This document shows, one piece after another, positions 1-10,455 of a DNA stretch of 64,000 nt (positions are counted from its first letter, which is position 1; each line of letters starts with the position of its first letter). The notes below the pieces were generated by a model that saw nothing but the letters and a program-made list of their open reading frames with translations, was not told the DNA's origin and did not search any database. A program made the translations under genes and the position numbers. The DNA is taken from contig OZ245046.1 of assembly GCA_965224245.1 (NCBI GenBank), forward strand, positions 2,304,001-2,368,000, in the 5' to 3' direction. This stretch comes from Candidatus Eiseniibacteriota bacterium (lineage in GTDB: Bacteria > Eisenbacteria > RBG-16-71-46 > CAZAMP01).

Positions 1-1305
1 GCGCGGTTCTTCGCCGAGCCCAACACACCGCATTCTCCCCGCTCGAACGTGCGCCCGCGCGACGACGATCGCGACGGGCTGGTCGACGAGGACGGGCCCG
101 AGGACCTGAACGGCGACGGCGTGATCACGCTGATGCGCAAGCACGATCCGTTCGGCGCGTACAAGACCGGCGAGGATCTCCGCAGCCTGGTGGCGCGCGA
201 GCTGGACGAGAACGGCGAGTGGACGCTCTACTGGTACGAAGGCCTCGACAACGACGGCGACGGCCGGATCAACGAGGACTCCCGCGGCGGCGTCGACCTG
301 AACCGCAACTTTCCCGCCGACTGGCAGCCGGAAGCGACCCAGTCGGGCGCCGGACCGTATCCGGGCTCCGAGCCCGAGATTCGCGCGATCATCGAGTTCA
401 TTCACGACCGGCCCAACATCGCCGCGCTCCAGACTTTCCACAACGTGGGCAACCTGATCCTGTATCCGTTCGGCGCGCGCTCGGCGGAGGACCTGCCCGG
501 ACGCGATCGGCGCGTGTACGAGATCATGGCCGAGCGCGGGCGCGAGATCCTGACCGATTACGACCCGGGGAGCATCCGGGACGACCTGTACCACGTGTAC
601 GGAACGACGGTCGCGTTCGGGTATCTCCACCACGGCGCGGTGTCGTTCTCGAACGAGCTCTGGAGCTGGGTCGTGGACTACGACGGGGACGGCACGATCA
701 CGATGTCCGAGCGCCTGAAGTGGAGCGACGAGCGGCTCGGCGGTGATGCGTTCGTCGAGTGGACGCCGTTCCAGCACCCCGAGCTGGGCGAGATCGAGAT
801 CGGCGGCTGGACGCAGTTCCACTCGCGGGTGCCCCCGGTGGGATACCTGGCCGAGATGTGCCGGCTGAACGCCGACTTCGTCCTCTTCCACGCCGACGCG
901 ATGCCGAGGCTGTCCATCACCCGATCCGAGACGAGCGCGCTCGGCGACGGAACGATCGCGCTCGACGTGTTCGTCGCCAACACGGGGATCATGGATAGCT
1001 ATCCCGAGATCTCCGCGCAGCTCGGCATCGCGCGACCGGTGGTGGCCACGGTGTCCGTGGCCGGCGGCGCCCGTGCGCTCGACGGCTACGTCCGCCCGCG
1101 CGAGCACGCCAGGGTCACCAGGACGTTCGACCCCGTGGATCGCCGCACACCCGATCCGGCCCGCGTGGAGGTCGGACAGATCCACGGGGGCCAGGAGATC
1201 GCGATCCGCTGGCTCCTCGAGGCCCCCGCCGGCAGCCGGGCCACGGTCCGGATCGCCGGGGACAAGTGCGGTCGGGCCGAGGCGGTCGTGACGCTCGAGC
1301 CGTGA
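1..1305 (+). CDS. M14-family zinc carboxypeptidase (5' truncated by window edge)
   Basis: Frame is open from base 1. Motifs GVDLNRNFP, GPYPGSEPE, TFHN..LILYP and FSNELW; DxDGDG Ca-binding-like loops. Confidence 0.85.
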   Translation, partial: ARFFAEPNTPHSPRSNVRPRDDDRDGLVDEDGPEDLNGDGVITLMRKHDPFGAYKTGEDLRSLVARELDENGEWTLYWYEGLDNDGDGRINEDSRGGVDLNRNFPADWQPEATQSGAGPYPGSEPEIRAIIEFIHDRPNIAALQTFHNVGNLILYPFGARSAEDLPGRDRRVYEIMAERGREILTDYDPGSIRDDLYHVYGTTVAFGYLHHGAVSFSNELWSWVVDYDGDGTITMSERLKWSDERLGGDAFVEWTPFQHPELGEIEIGGWTQFHSRVPPVGYLAEMCRLNADFVLFHADAMPRLSITRSETSALGDGTIALDVFVANTGIMDSYPEISAQLGIARPVVATVSVAGGARALDGYVRPREHARVTRTFDPVDRRTPDPARVEVGQIHGGQEIAIRWLLEAPAGSRATVRIAGDKCGRAEAVVTLEP

Positions 1306-1346
1306 GCCGTGAGCCGCTAGCGGCTCCGCGAAGGGCCCCGGGCCTC

Positions 1347-1375
1347 TTCGACGGGGACGCGCGCTGTGCTATCAT
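1347..1375 (+). promoter_or_regulatory. putative sigma70 promoter TTCGAC-N17-TATCAT with extended TGn
   Basis: Hexamers 17 nt apart upstream of the gene at 1464. Confidence 0.35.
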
Positions 1376-1463
1376 CCGGCCGCAACCGGTCCGACATGAC
1401 TCACTCGCGTTGGCAAGACAATCCCCCGCTTGGATGGATATCGACGTGTCAGGAGGCAACCGC

Positions 1464-2786
1464 ATGCACGTTCGGAGCACGGTGTCGCTGGGATTGGCGA
1501 GCGTCTTGACGACGCTCGTGGTGAGCAGCGCGGCCGCGGTCTACGACTACGAGGTGGTCGTCGCCGCGCCATCGAACTACGTCAAGGTGGCCGAGTTCGA
1601 GATCGGCAACTTCAAGCACACCTTCACGAACACCGGCGACCAGACGGATACCTACCGCATGGTGATCACCGAGGCCGAGTACTTCACCGGGGACGACATC
1701 ACGATCGGCTGGACCATGTGCACGACCACGGCCTGCGTGGTCCCCGGCATCGCCGACGAGATCACGCTCGCGCCCGGCGAGAGCGACACCGTCACCGTGA
1801 AGATCAGCACCTTCTCGACGCTCGGCGGCGGCACGTGCCGGCTCCGCATCGAGTCCGTGGGCTCGGGCGTCGCCAACGAGTACGACTACGGTGGCATCAT
1901 CCTGGGCACCGAGTTGATCCTGATCGACGACGACGGCGGCACCGACGACGACGACGACGTCATCGCCGCGCTGGAGAGCGGGCTCACGAGCTACGCGGTG
2001 TTCGACACGTCGATCCAGTCCCTGGTCGACTCGGGCATCGAGATGTCCGACGCGGCCTGCCTGATCTACCACTCCGGCTACTCGTCCAGCGGCACGCTGA
2101 CCGCGGGCGATGCCGACTACCTGGCCGCCTACCTGGACGACGCCGGGAGCCTTCTCGTGTCCGGTGACGATCTCTTCGACGAGATCGATGGGAGCTCCTT
2201 CGCGACCACGTATCTCGCCGCCGGACTCGGGGGCTCCGCCGCGGGCCAGACGATCGTCAACGGCGTCCCGGCCAGCCCGCTGGGGTCCACCGGATCGTAT
2301 CCGCTCTCGCCGGTCTCTCCCGACGTGCTGACCGGAACCGCGGCGTACGAGTACGGGAACGAGACCACCGCCGGCGTTCTTCACGACGGCGGCTCCTACA
2401 AGACGCTCTCGCTCGGCTTCGCGCTGGCCGGCCTCGGCGCGTCCGACATCCTGGCCGTCGTCGAGGAGGCGTGCACGTGGCTCCGCGACGCGCTCGCCAC
2501 GCCGGTGGTGTCGGGCCCCGCGTTGATCCAGACGTCGGCCTATCCGAACCCGTTCCGCCGCTCGGCGCGCATCCGGCTGACGGCATCGGAGACGATCGGC
2601 GACGACGTGCGCGTGACGCTCTACGACGTGAGCGGCCGGCGGATCTCGGTGCTGCACGACGGTCCGATCGGCGTCGGTGAGACCGAGCTCGCCGTGGACG
2701 GCGCCGGCCTGCCGAACGGCGTGTACGTGTACCGTGTGGAGTCCGGACAGGCGGTGACGACGGGCGCGGTCACGCTCGTGAGATAG
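1464..2786 (+). CDS. secreted protein with T9SS type A-like C-terminal domain
   Basis: AGGAGG RBS, then ATG 1464 and a signal peptide. C-terminus AYPNPF...LYDVSGRR...LPNGVYVYRV...VTLVR. Confidence 0.75.
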   Translation: MHVRSTVSLGLASVLTTLVVSSAAAVYDYEVVVAAPSNYVKVAEFEIGNFKHTFTNTGDQTDTYRMVITEAEYFTGDDITIGWTMCTTTACVVPGIADEITLAPGESDTVTVKISTFSTLGGGTCRLRIESVGSGVANEYDYGGIILGTELILIDDDGGTDDDDDVIAALESGLTSYAVFDTSIQSLVDSGIEMSDAACLIYHSGYSSSGTLTAGDADYLAAYLDDAGSLLVSGDDLFDEIDGSSFATTYLAAGLGGSAAGQTIVNGVPASPLGSTGSYPLSPVSPDVLTGTAAYEYGNETTAGVLHDGGSYKTLSLGFALAGLGASDILAVVEEACTWLRDALATPVVSGPALIQTSAYPNPFRRSARIRLTASETIGDDVRVTLYDVSGRRISVLHDGPIGVGETELAVDGAGLPNGVYVYRVESGQAVTTGAVTLVR

Positions 2787-2859
2787 CGCCACCGGGGTTT
2801 CGGGAGGACGCGGGCGGTCGCCGACCGTCCGCGTTCTCGTGTCCGGAGGATCCGGCGAC

Positions 2860-5565
2860 TCACGCCGGCGCGTCGACCCCGGTCTCCCCCTCGCTCCGAT
2901 GCGCGGCCGCGGCACCGCCGCCACGTCCCACCCGGGTGCCGTCGCCGGCGGCCCATGCCTCCCGGCAGCGCACGAGCTCGGGATGTTCGGGCTCCCAGGC
3001 GTCGGCCAGGACCGCCATCGCGCGAGACAGCTCGGCCCGGAAGTCACGGCCGCTGGCGGTCCGGAGACCGGAGCGCGCGCGGACGGCCATCGCCTCGGCG
3101 GTCAGCGGCGCGTCGTCTCCGTAGTGATCGCGGCGAACGCGCACGACATCCTCGGCGATCTCCAGCGCTTCGTCGCATCGATCGACGTCGACGAGCATCC
3201 GGGCCAGCTCGAGCCGGAGGTTCATCAGCTGGGGATGGCGCGGGCCCAGTGATTCCGACATCGACGCGCACACCGACGTCAACTGCGACATTGCCTCCTC
3301 GGTGCGGCCCTGTCGGTGCCGGAGGAGTGCCAGCCCGCTGCGATGGCCCTCGGTGTCCGGATGATCTTCACCCCTCCGGCGGGCGCTCGCGTCGATCGCA
3401 CGCCGGAAGAGTCGCTCCGCCTCGTCGAGCCGGCCGGTGTCGCGCAGGATCGAGGCCAGGTTGAAGCGCGAGACGGCCACGTCCGGATGTTCCGATCCCA
3501 GGAGCCGGACTCGAAGTGCGAGTACCTCCCGGGCCAGGGGCTCGGCACCCACGGGATCGCCCAGCCGGCGGTGCGCGATCATCAGGTTGGAGAGCGCGTT
3601 GGCCACGTGGACGTGGTCGTCGCCGTAGCGCCGGCGGCGGGCCGCCAGCACCTGCCGGAGCAGATGCTGCGACTGGCGCGCGTGACCCATGCGCTGCAGC
3701 AGCACGCCGAGGTTGTTGAGCGTGCTCAGGACCGACACGTCGTCGTCGGGCAGGTGCCGCCGCTTGATCCGGAGCGCCTCCTCGTGCAGCGCCCGCGCGC
3801 GCGACGGCCGGCCCCGACGCTCGACGAGAATGGCGAGGTCGTTCATCCGGGACGCCACCACGAGGTGGTCCTCCCCGTACGTCTCGCGTGTCAGCTCCAG
3901 CGCCTCGCGAAACGCCGACTCGGCCGCGTCGAACTCGGCCAGCTCCTGGTGCGCGGTGGCCAGGCACTGGAGCGTCTCGACGAGCCGGTGGTCGCGTTCG
4001 CCGTAGAGCCTCCGGCGATCGGCGATCGACCGGCGAAGCACCCCCAGCGCGGCGTCGGGATCGCCGATGTCGAGGTAGATGCGACCGAACGTGGTCAGGA
4101 GATCGACTCGCGCGTCCGGCTCGTCGGCCAGCGCGTCGTCGACGTGCCCGGCCGACCAGTCCAGAAGATCGCGCGCCTTCAGGTCGGGATCGCCGCCGAC
4201 GGGTCCCACGCGCTCGAACATCACGGCCAGAAAGCTCAGCATGCTGTCGGCGCGCCGGACCTGCCGGGCCACCTCGCGGACGGCGGTCGACTCGGGTCCC
4301 CGGCGGCGCCGGCGTCCACGACGGATCCACGTGCCGGGGCGCCGCCAGGCGCGGCCGCCGCGGTCCAGGGGCTCGCCGGCGAGCACGCGGTCGAGGTCGC
4401 GGGCCAGCGCGTCGGCATCGGGATGGCGGCCCTCGACCGACCGCGACAGCGCGCGCGCGACGACCCGATCGAGGTCGCCCGACAGCTCGCGACTCAGCGC
4501 GTCGGGGCGCGTTCCCCGGGCCAGAGCCACGGGGTTGGGGTGGATCCGCTCGCTCGAGCCGTCCGCGCGCAGGATGTCGGCGGTGGAGAGGACGGCCTCG
4601 CTGGGTGGCGGTGGATCACGATCGAGGATCGCGCGCTCGGTCTCGCCGACGCTCCAGCTCGCGGTGGCGTGGGGATGCCGCCCGGTCAAGAGCTGGTACA
4701 GGAGAATGCCGAGCGAAAACACGTCCGACGGCGGTCCCACGACGTCACCCCGGATCTGCTCGGGTGACGCGTAGCGCGGGGTCAAGACCCGCTGTGCAGT
4801 GCGCGTCAGCGTGGCGTCGTACGCCTCGGGCGCACGGCCCTCGACCCATCTGGCGATCCCGAAGTCGAGCACCTTCGCCTCGGCCGACGTGGAGACGAGC
4901 ACGTTCGAAGGCTTGATGTCGCGGTGCACGACGTGATTCCGGTGCGCGTGCCCCACGCCGCGACACGCGTCGCGGAGCAGACGCACGCGGTCCGCGACGC
5001 CCAGCCGGTGCCGATCCGCGTACTCGGTGATCGGCGAGCCGTCGACGTGCTCCATGACGAGATACGGGCGCCCGTCCGGCGCGACGCCGTGTCCCTCGTG
5101 ACGCGCCACGTTGTGATGGGTCAGGCTGGCCAGGATGCGTCCCTCGCGCTCGAAGCGGCGGACGGTCTCGGCATCGGTCAGGTCGGCGCGCAGGAGCTTG
5201 ATCGCGACCTCGCGTCCTTCGGGATCGCTCTCGGGCCGGGCCAGATGGACCGACCCCATCCCCCCCTCGCCGAGCGAGCGCACGAGCGTGTACCCGGGTA
5301 TCGCCACCTCAGGCGGGGCGTCCGGCCCCGCCTCCCCGTCACGCGCGGCGGGGGATGCGATCGTCCGCCCGATCGATCGGGCACGCTCGAGGAAGTCGCC
5401 GCACGTGGCGTCGGCGTCCAGGATCGCGCGGACCTCCCGCATCAGCTCCGGTCGCGAGCCGGTCACGCTTCGCAGCACGCGCTCGCGATCGTCCGGAGGC
5501 GCATCGAGCACGCGGGCCGCCGCGGCCTCGATCTCGGACCAGGAGATCGGATCGGACGGGGTCAT
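2860..5565 (-). CDS. Hanks-type Ser/Thr protein kinase with C-terminal TPR repeats
   Basis: LGEGGMGSV, VAIK, HRDIKPSN, DFG, TPRYASPEQ; kinesin-light-chain-like TPRs (HPDVAVSRFNLA). ATG overlaps the stop of the ECF gene. Confidence 0.92.
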   Translation of the reverse strand: MTPSDPISWSEIEAAAARVLDAPPDDRERVLRSVTGSRPELMREVRAILDADATCGDFLERARSIGRTIASPAARDGEAGPDAPPEVAIPGYTLVRSLGEGGMGSVHLARPESDPEGREVAIKLLRADLTDAETVRRFEREGRILASLTHHNVARHEGHGVAPDGRPYLVMEHVDGSPITEYADRHRLGVADRVRLLRDACRGVGHAHRNHVVHRDIKPSNVLVSTSAEAKVLDFGIARWVEGRAPEAYDATLTRTAQRVLTPRYASPEQIRGDVVGPPSDVFSLGILLYQLLTGRHPHATASWSVGETERAILDRDPPPPSEAVLSTADILRADGSSERIHPNPVALARGTRPDALSRELSGDLDRVVARALSRSVEGRHPDADALARDLDRVLAGEPLDRGGRAWRRPGTWIRRGRRRRRGPESTAVREVARQVRRADSMLSFLAVMFERVGPVGGDPDLKARDLLDWSAGHVDDALADEPDARVDLLTTFGRIYLDIGDPDAALGVLRRSIADRRRLYGERDHRLVETLQCLATAHQELAEFDAAESAFREALELTRETYGEDHLVVASRMNDLAILVERRGRPSRARALHEEALRIKRRHLPDDDVSVLSTLNNLGVLLQRMGHARQSQHLLRQVLAARRRRYGDDHVHVANALSNLMIAHRRLGDPVGAEPLAREVLALRVRLLGSEHPDVAVSRFNLASILRDTGRLDEAERLFRRAIDASARRRGEDHPDTEGHRSGLALLRHRQGRTEEAMSQLTSVCASMSESLGPRHPQLMNLRLELARMLVDVDRCDEALEIAEDVVRVRRDHYGDDAPLTAEAMAVRARSGLRTASGRDFRAELSRAMAVLADAWEPEHPELVRCREAWAAGDGTRVGRGGGAAAAHRSEGETGVDAPA

Positions 5566-6179
5566 CGATCCGCCCCGCCGTCGCGGTCGGGCGCCGTGTC
5601 CTCGTCGCTCATGACCCGGTACAGAAAGGCCCGCGCGATGCGCCAGTCGCGCTTCACGGTGCGCTCGCTGGAGCCCAGGATCTCGGCCACCTCGGCCACT
5701 TCGAACCCCGCGAAGAACCGGAGCTCGACCACCTGCCGGAGGCGCGGGTTGCGCTCGTCGAGGAGGTCCAGCGCACGATCCAGCGCCAGCACGTCGAGCT
5801 CGTCCTGCTCGGGATCGGCGCCGGAGTGAAGCAGGGCTTCCAGCGGCGCCAGGTCGAGCACGGCGTCGCCACCGCCACGCTTCTCGGCGGTGCGGGCCCG
5901 GTGGGCATCCACCGCGATCTGCCGCATCGCACGCGCGGCGGTGGCGAAGAAGTGAGCCCGATCGGAGGGCGCGATGCGCGAGCGATCGACGAGCTTCAGG
6001 TAGGTCTCGTGAACGAGGGCGGTGGGGCCGACGGTGGGCGTGCCCGGCCGGTGGGCGAGCTGACGACCGGCCAGGGCACGGAGGTCGTCGTAGACGCAGG
6101 CGTAGAGCTCTTCGACCGCCCCCGGGGATCCGTCGCGGATCGCGACGAGGATCCGCGTGACGTCTCGGGCATCCGACAT
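5562..6179 (-). CDS. ECF-type RNA polymerase sigma factor (kinase-associated, ECF43-like)
   Basis: DVTRIL, VYDDLRALA, PTALVHETYLKL, VVELRFFAG, SERTVKRDWRIARAFL. Confidence 0.9.
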   Translation of the reverse strand: MSDARDVTRILVAIRDGSPGAVEELYACVYDDLRALAGRQLAHRPGTPTVGPTALVHETYLKLVDRSRIAPSDRAHFFATAARAMRQIAVDAHRARTAEKRGGGDAVLDLAPLEALLHSGADPEQDELDVLALDRALDLLDERNPRLRQVVELRFFAGFEVAEVAEILGSSERTVKRDWRIARAFLYRVMSDEDTAPDRDGGADR

Positions 6180-6271
6180 CGACCGCCCCCTCGGGATCGG
6201 GATGACCCGATCGTAGCACGGGGGCGGTCGATGCCCGATCGCGGCGGTCCGCCGCACCGGGGGTGCGGCGA

Positions 6272-7555
6272 TCACCGCACCAGGGTCATGGTCCGGGTGG
6301 TCACGGCGCCGTCCACGGTCAGACGGTAGAAGTACGTCCCCGGCGACATCTGCCGTCCGTCGGCCGACCGACCGTCCCACGACACCGACCACCGGCCGTC
6401 CGAGAGCGGGCGGTCGAGCAGCGTGGTCACCAGGCGCCCGGCCACGTCCATAACCTCGAGACGGGCGTGTCCGGCGTGATCGAGCTCGAAGCCGATGGCC
6501 GTGCGCGGCGTGAACGGGTTGGGCCGGTTCTGGGCCAGCCGGGGCGGAACGACCATCGAGGCGCCGTCCCCGACGGCGAGGATCCCGATGTCCTCGATCT
6601 CGTCATCGCCGCCGAGGCCGGGCAGCTCCGGCAGCGCGCCGGGAGCCGGACGGAGAAGGATCATGATCTCGTCACCCGGCACGAGCGGCACGCTCTCGAA
6701 CAGGCCGAGCCAGCCACCGCCGCAGCCGCAGTCCCACCACAGGTACGAGTCGCAGAATGCCGGGATCCCGTTGATGGCCCCGCACTGGTTTCCGCAGCCC
6801 ACCGTGAAGCAGCCCTGGTCGTAGATCTGGTCGGCCTGTGCGGGGATTCCGATCGACGACACGGCGACTCCGTTGACCCGCAGCTCGAGCTCGCCGTCGA
6901 GGTTCAGTCGACCCGACGGACCGTGGAACGAGAACGTGCCGTGCGCCTCGACGTCGTAGCCGCCGCCGGCCACCTCGGTCAGCTCGAGTCCGTCGACGCT
7001 CCGATTCCAGGCGAGGGGGTCGCCTTCCCAGGGCTCGTCCACGCCGTTGTCGGTGTCGTCGTTGTCGGGCGCGGTGCCCGGAACCGGCTGGAGCACGACG
7101 CTGACCACCTCGCCGGTGGCGATCGTCATCGGCGGGAACTCGGTGGAGATCCAGAGCCCGCAGTCACAGTCGCAGCCGACGGGGCCGCACTCCTCGTAGC
7201 AGTGGAGCGCCACGCTGGCGCCGTTCAGCGTGGCACTGCCGCAGGTTCCGTTGCAGGGCGGTCCGAAGGGACAGCTCCCCCCCGATCCGCCATCGATGGT
7301 GATCGATTCGGTCCGGGTGTCCACGAGGCTCCTTCCGATGAAGAGCAGCACCTCGGTGGAGTAGTCGAGAGGGTCCGCGGTCGCCTCGACGTCGACCGTC
7401 CAGTGCGCGGCGATGATCTGCTGTCCCGTTCCCGCGGGATCCGGGACGATCGAGAGCGTGTGGGCCTGTCGGTTTCCGGGGGCCTGAGCGGCGGCCATCG
7501 AGACCACGAACGACGTGGTGAGCGCGCCCACGAGCGCGGCGACGATCCGGTTCAT
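6272..7555 (-). CDS. secreted Cys-rich protein with FlgD-Ig/T9SS-like C-terminal domain
   Basis: GGAGG RBS and signal peptide; two Cys-rich modules; LAQNRPNPF...WDGRSADG...PGTYFYRL. Confidence 0.75.
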   Translation of the reverse strand: MNRIVAALVGALTTSFVVSMAAAQAPGNRQAHTLSIVPDPAGTGQQIIAAHWTVDVEATADPLDYSTEVLLFIGRSLVDTRTESITIDGGSGGSCPFGPPCNGTCGSATLNGASVALHCYEECGPVGCDCDCGLWISTEFPPMTIATGEVVSVVLQPVPGTAPDNDDTDNGVDEPWEGDPLAWNRSVDGLELTEVAGGGYDVEAHGTFSFHGPSGRLNLDGELELRVNGVAVSSIGIPAQADQIYDQGCFTVGCGNQCGAINGIPAFCDSYLWWDCGCGGGWLGLFESVPLVPGDEIMILLRPAPGALPELPGLGGDDEIEDIGILAVGDGASMVVPPRLAQNRPNPFTPRTAIGFELDHAGHARLEVMDVAGRLVTTLLDRPLSDGRWSVSWDGRSADGRQMSPGTYFYRLTVDGAVTTRTMTLVR

Positions 7556-7820
7556 TGTGTCCTCCGTATCCTGGGCCTCGCGGGCGCGGGCGGCGCCGCG
7601 AGCGTCACCCACAGATACGGAAGCATCCGACGCCAGGGGCCAGGGTAGGCGAGTTTTTCTTCGATCATCCCGCCGCGCGACGCACGGGACGGGCTGCCGG
7701 CCCCGGCGCACGTCCACAACCTGCCGCACCGGCGCGGGAGTGCTGAGGGAATGGCGAGCCACGAGCATCGGATGCGTCACGGTGCCGGTGGATCCCGGTC
7801 CGAACGACGATTCGATACGT

Positions 7821-9170
7821 TCACTCGTCGGCCGCCGCGGTCACGACCCCGTCCCCCTCCGCCTCGCCCGGCACGAGGACCCAGCCGTCCGCGAGGGACA
7901 GCGACCAGCCGTCCCCGTGGATCTCGGGATCGGTCGACGTCGGGGCGGGTACGACCACCGCGGTCACGCCCAGGGACGATCGTTCGAGCAGCACCCCACC
8001 CGACGACACCGTCAGCGTGCCCCAGCCGCCGCGGACCTCCGCCGTCGTGAGCACCTGACCGACGCCGTCGAAGATGCTGACTCCGTTGGGGTCGAAGCCG
8101 TACCCGAACGCCTCGTCCACGGGCAGCGTGAGCGTCGGCCCGTCGACGTACCGCGCGACGTACGCCGCCTGCGTGCGCGCATGCTGCTCGGCTCTCTCGC
8201 GCTCGTCTTCCCGGAGCGGCACGCCGTCGTACGATGCGAGCCGGTCGTCCAGGTCCTCGGTCGGCGTCGGGTCGAGCGCGAGCGCACCGGCCAGCACCGC
8301 CGGAAGGTCGGTCGAGGCGTCCACGCGCTCGTGCCACCCGGGTGCGGCGTCATCCAGCAGGAGCCCGTACGCGGGACCGGTCGCGTAGGCGAAGCTCCGC
8401 GTCATCGGCTCGGATCCGGCGCGCGCGTCGTAGCCCTCGATCGACTTCACCGCCCAGCCCGCGCGTGCCCGCTCGGGAATGGCCACGCGGATCCCCGTGT
8501 ACTCGGCCAGCCCCTCGTTGAGCTCGAGCGCGCGCTCCTCGGCCGCCGCGCCGGGGTGCGCGTCGTGACGCCGGGCACGGAACGCCAGCGCGTCGGCGAT
8601 CGCGGCGAGTCGCTCCTCGCCAACGGTGGCCAGCGCGCGCGCCAGCGCGCGGAGCTCGAGCCGGATCCAGAGGCGTCCCGTCTCGGAATCGAGGTGCGCG
8701 TTCATCGGGCTCGCCATCGGCAGCCCGATCTCGGGGCCCAGCCGGTGGAAGAGCTCGTGCGCGAGGAGGCGACGACGCTCGTGGTGTCCCACCGGCAGCG
8801 GCCAGCGGAGCATCGTCCAGCGCGTGCCGGACCAGTCGATGGCCGTGTTCGCGATCGCTTCTCCGTGGGGCAGCGTGCCGACCCACACGCCGTCGCTCGG
8901 CGTGAGGTGTCCCTCCTCGTCGGGTTCGTTCGCGACCACACGCCGGGTCACGGCCTCCACCACGAGCAGCGGTCCGGCCAGGCGGCCCGGCCACGGGCTC
9001 GAAGGCCCCAGCTCGCGCGCCTCGTCGAAGATCGTCCGCGCCCGCTCCAGGGGGATCGGATCGGCACGAGCCGCATCGGGGCCGGCGATCCCGATCGCGA
9101 GCAGGATCCCGACGAGTGACTCCGAAAGCATTCGGACTTTGACGGACGAGGTTCGCGAGGTCATGGACAT
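7821..9170 (-). CDS. secreted putative zinc metallopeptidase (gluzincin-like); start may be 9131
   Basis: LLAHELFH (HExxH) plus downstream NEGLAEY; hydrophobic N-terminal signal. Confidence 0.6.
   Translation of the reverse strand: MSMTSRTSSVKVRMLSESLVGILLAIGIAGPDAARADPIPLERARTIFDEARELGPSSPWPGRLAGPLLVVEAVTRRVVANEPDEEGHLTPSDGVWVGTLPHGEAIANTAIDWSGTRWTMLRWPLPVGHHERRRLLAHELFHRLGPEIGLPMASPMNAHLDSETGRLWIRLELRALARALATVGEERLAAIADALAFRARRHDAHPGAAAEERALELNEGLAEYTGIRVAIPERARAGWAVKSIEGYDARAGSEPMTRSFAYATGPAYGLLLDDAAPGWHERVDASTDLPAVLAGALALDPTPTEDLDDRLASYDGVPLREDERERAEQHARTQAAYVARYVDGPTLTLPVDEAFGYGFDPNGVSIFDGVGQVLTTAEVRGGWGTLTVSSGGVLLERSSLGVTAVVVPAPTSTDPEIHGDGWSLSLADGWVLVPGEAEGDGVVTAAADE
9121..9140. promoter_or_regulatory. 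putative BlaI-family operator, copy 2 (TCCGAA-N4-TTCGGA-CTTT)
   Basis: Same palindrome as at 10875-10898; overlaps in-frame ATG 9131 of the peptidase gene. Confidence 0.55.
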
Positions 9171-9177
9171 CTCCAGT

Positions 9178-10455
9178 TCACCGCTGGGTGTCAGCGGTGG
9201 GAACGGGTGGACGGGCCGGCCACCGGATCTCCCCACCGGGGAGCAGCATGAGCCGGACAGTACGCTCGGGATCCGGGGCGACGAGGGTGACGCGAGCGCC
9301 TCGCTGGCGGATCTGATCGCGAGAGAGCGGCGCGCCCGCGATCGTCGCCCCGACCGCGCGTCCTCGATCGACCGACAGCACGAAGCTCCCGGCGGGATCG
9401 GTCGCGTCGACCGTGAACGAGGCGCCGTCCGCGGCCAGAATGTGCGACTGCCAGACGCTGGACGCCGTGACGGCACGCGCCGTCGGCTCGATCGACCGAC
9501 TCGTCGCGACCGTGTGGACGAGGATGATCGCCAGCGCCAGCGTCAGGCCCCGGAGGGTTCCATGCGTGGCCGCCCGCGTGGTCGCCGGGCGCTGGAGTCG
9601 CCGGACCCGCGCCACGACGTCGCCGCCGCCGGCTCCGGGACTGGCGATGGACGGCCTCCCCACCTCCAGAGCGACCTTCGTGAGCGCCCGGGCGTACCGC
9701 CGACGCGTGCGGGCCGTGGTGGCGAGATCGTCGCAGCAGCGTTCGCGAGCCTCGTCGATCACGCGCGACATCCACCGGGCCGCGGGATGAAACGCGAGGA
9801 GCGCGAGCGCGATCTCCTGAGCCACGCTCGCGATCAGGTCGCGTCGCCTCACGTGGGCCAGCTCGTGCGCGAGGATCGCGTCGAGCTCGTCGTCAGAGAG
9901 CGTCGCGAGAAGTCGGGACGGGATCAGGACCGTCGGCCCGAAGACGTCGACGACGCTCGGTGATCGTGCGTGATCGGAGAGGCGCACCCGAGGCGGGTCC
10001 GAAAGGCCGAGACGCCATCCCTGCCTCTCGACGCGTGCGACGAGATCGACCGGGGCCGGTGAGCCGAGACGTGCCAGGCGCCTCGCCGTCACGATCGCGC
10101 GGGCCAGCCTCCCCATCCCGGCGAGAGACACCATGCACCAGAGCCCGCCGATCCACGGCAGGACCGGGGTCAGGAGCGCCGGTGCGTCCCCCCCTCGCAT
10201 GACGTTGTCCGCGGTGGGCTGGGCGGCCGGCGCGAGGAGCATCGAGACGACCGTCCCCGCAGCGAGCAGCGGCAGCGCCAGAAGCAGCGTCAGCCCGACG
10301 GAGTGGCGGAGCTCGGGCGAACTCCGGGGCCGCGCTCCGATCACCACCGAGAACAGCCCGGCCGCGAGCACCGCCTGCCACGCTGCGTGGAGCGCGGTCA
10401 CGCCGGCGAGAAGGAGTGCCCACTGCAACGTGAAGCCCGTCATCGTCGGGCTCAC
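9178..10455 (-). CDS. BlaR1/MecR1-like M56 family membrane metallopeptidase
   Basis: TM segments, ILAHELAHVRRRD, FHPAARW, RERCCD. GTGA overlap with the blaI-like gene. No penicillin-binding domain. Confidence 0.9.
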   Translation of the reverse strand: MSPTMTGFTLQWALLLAGVTALHAAWQAVLAAGLFSVVIGARPRSSPELRHSVGLTLLLALPLLAAGTVVSMLLAPAAQPTADNVMRGGDAPALLTPVLPWIGGLWCMVSLAGMGRLARAIVTARRLARLGSPAPVDLVARVERQGWRLGLSDPPRVRLSDHARSPSVVDVFGPTVLIPSRLLATLSDDELDAILAHELAHVRRRDLIASVAQEIALALLAFHPAARWMSRVIDEARERCCDDLATTARTRRRYARALTKVALEVGRPSIASPGAGGGDVVARVRRLQRPATTRAATHGTLRGLTLALAIILVHTVATSRSIEPTARAVTASSVWQSHILAADGASFTVDATDPAGSFVLSVDRGRAVGATIAGAPLSRDQIRQRGARVTLVAPDPERTVRLMLLPGGEIRWPARPPVPTADTQR

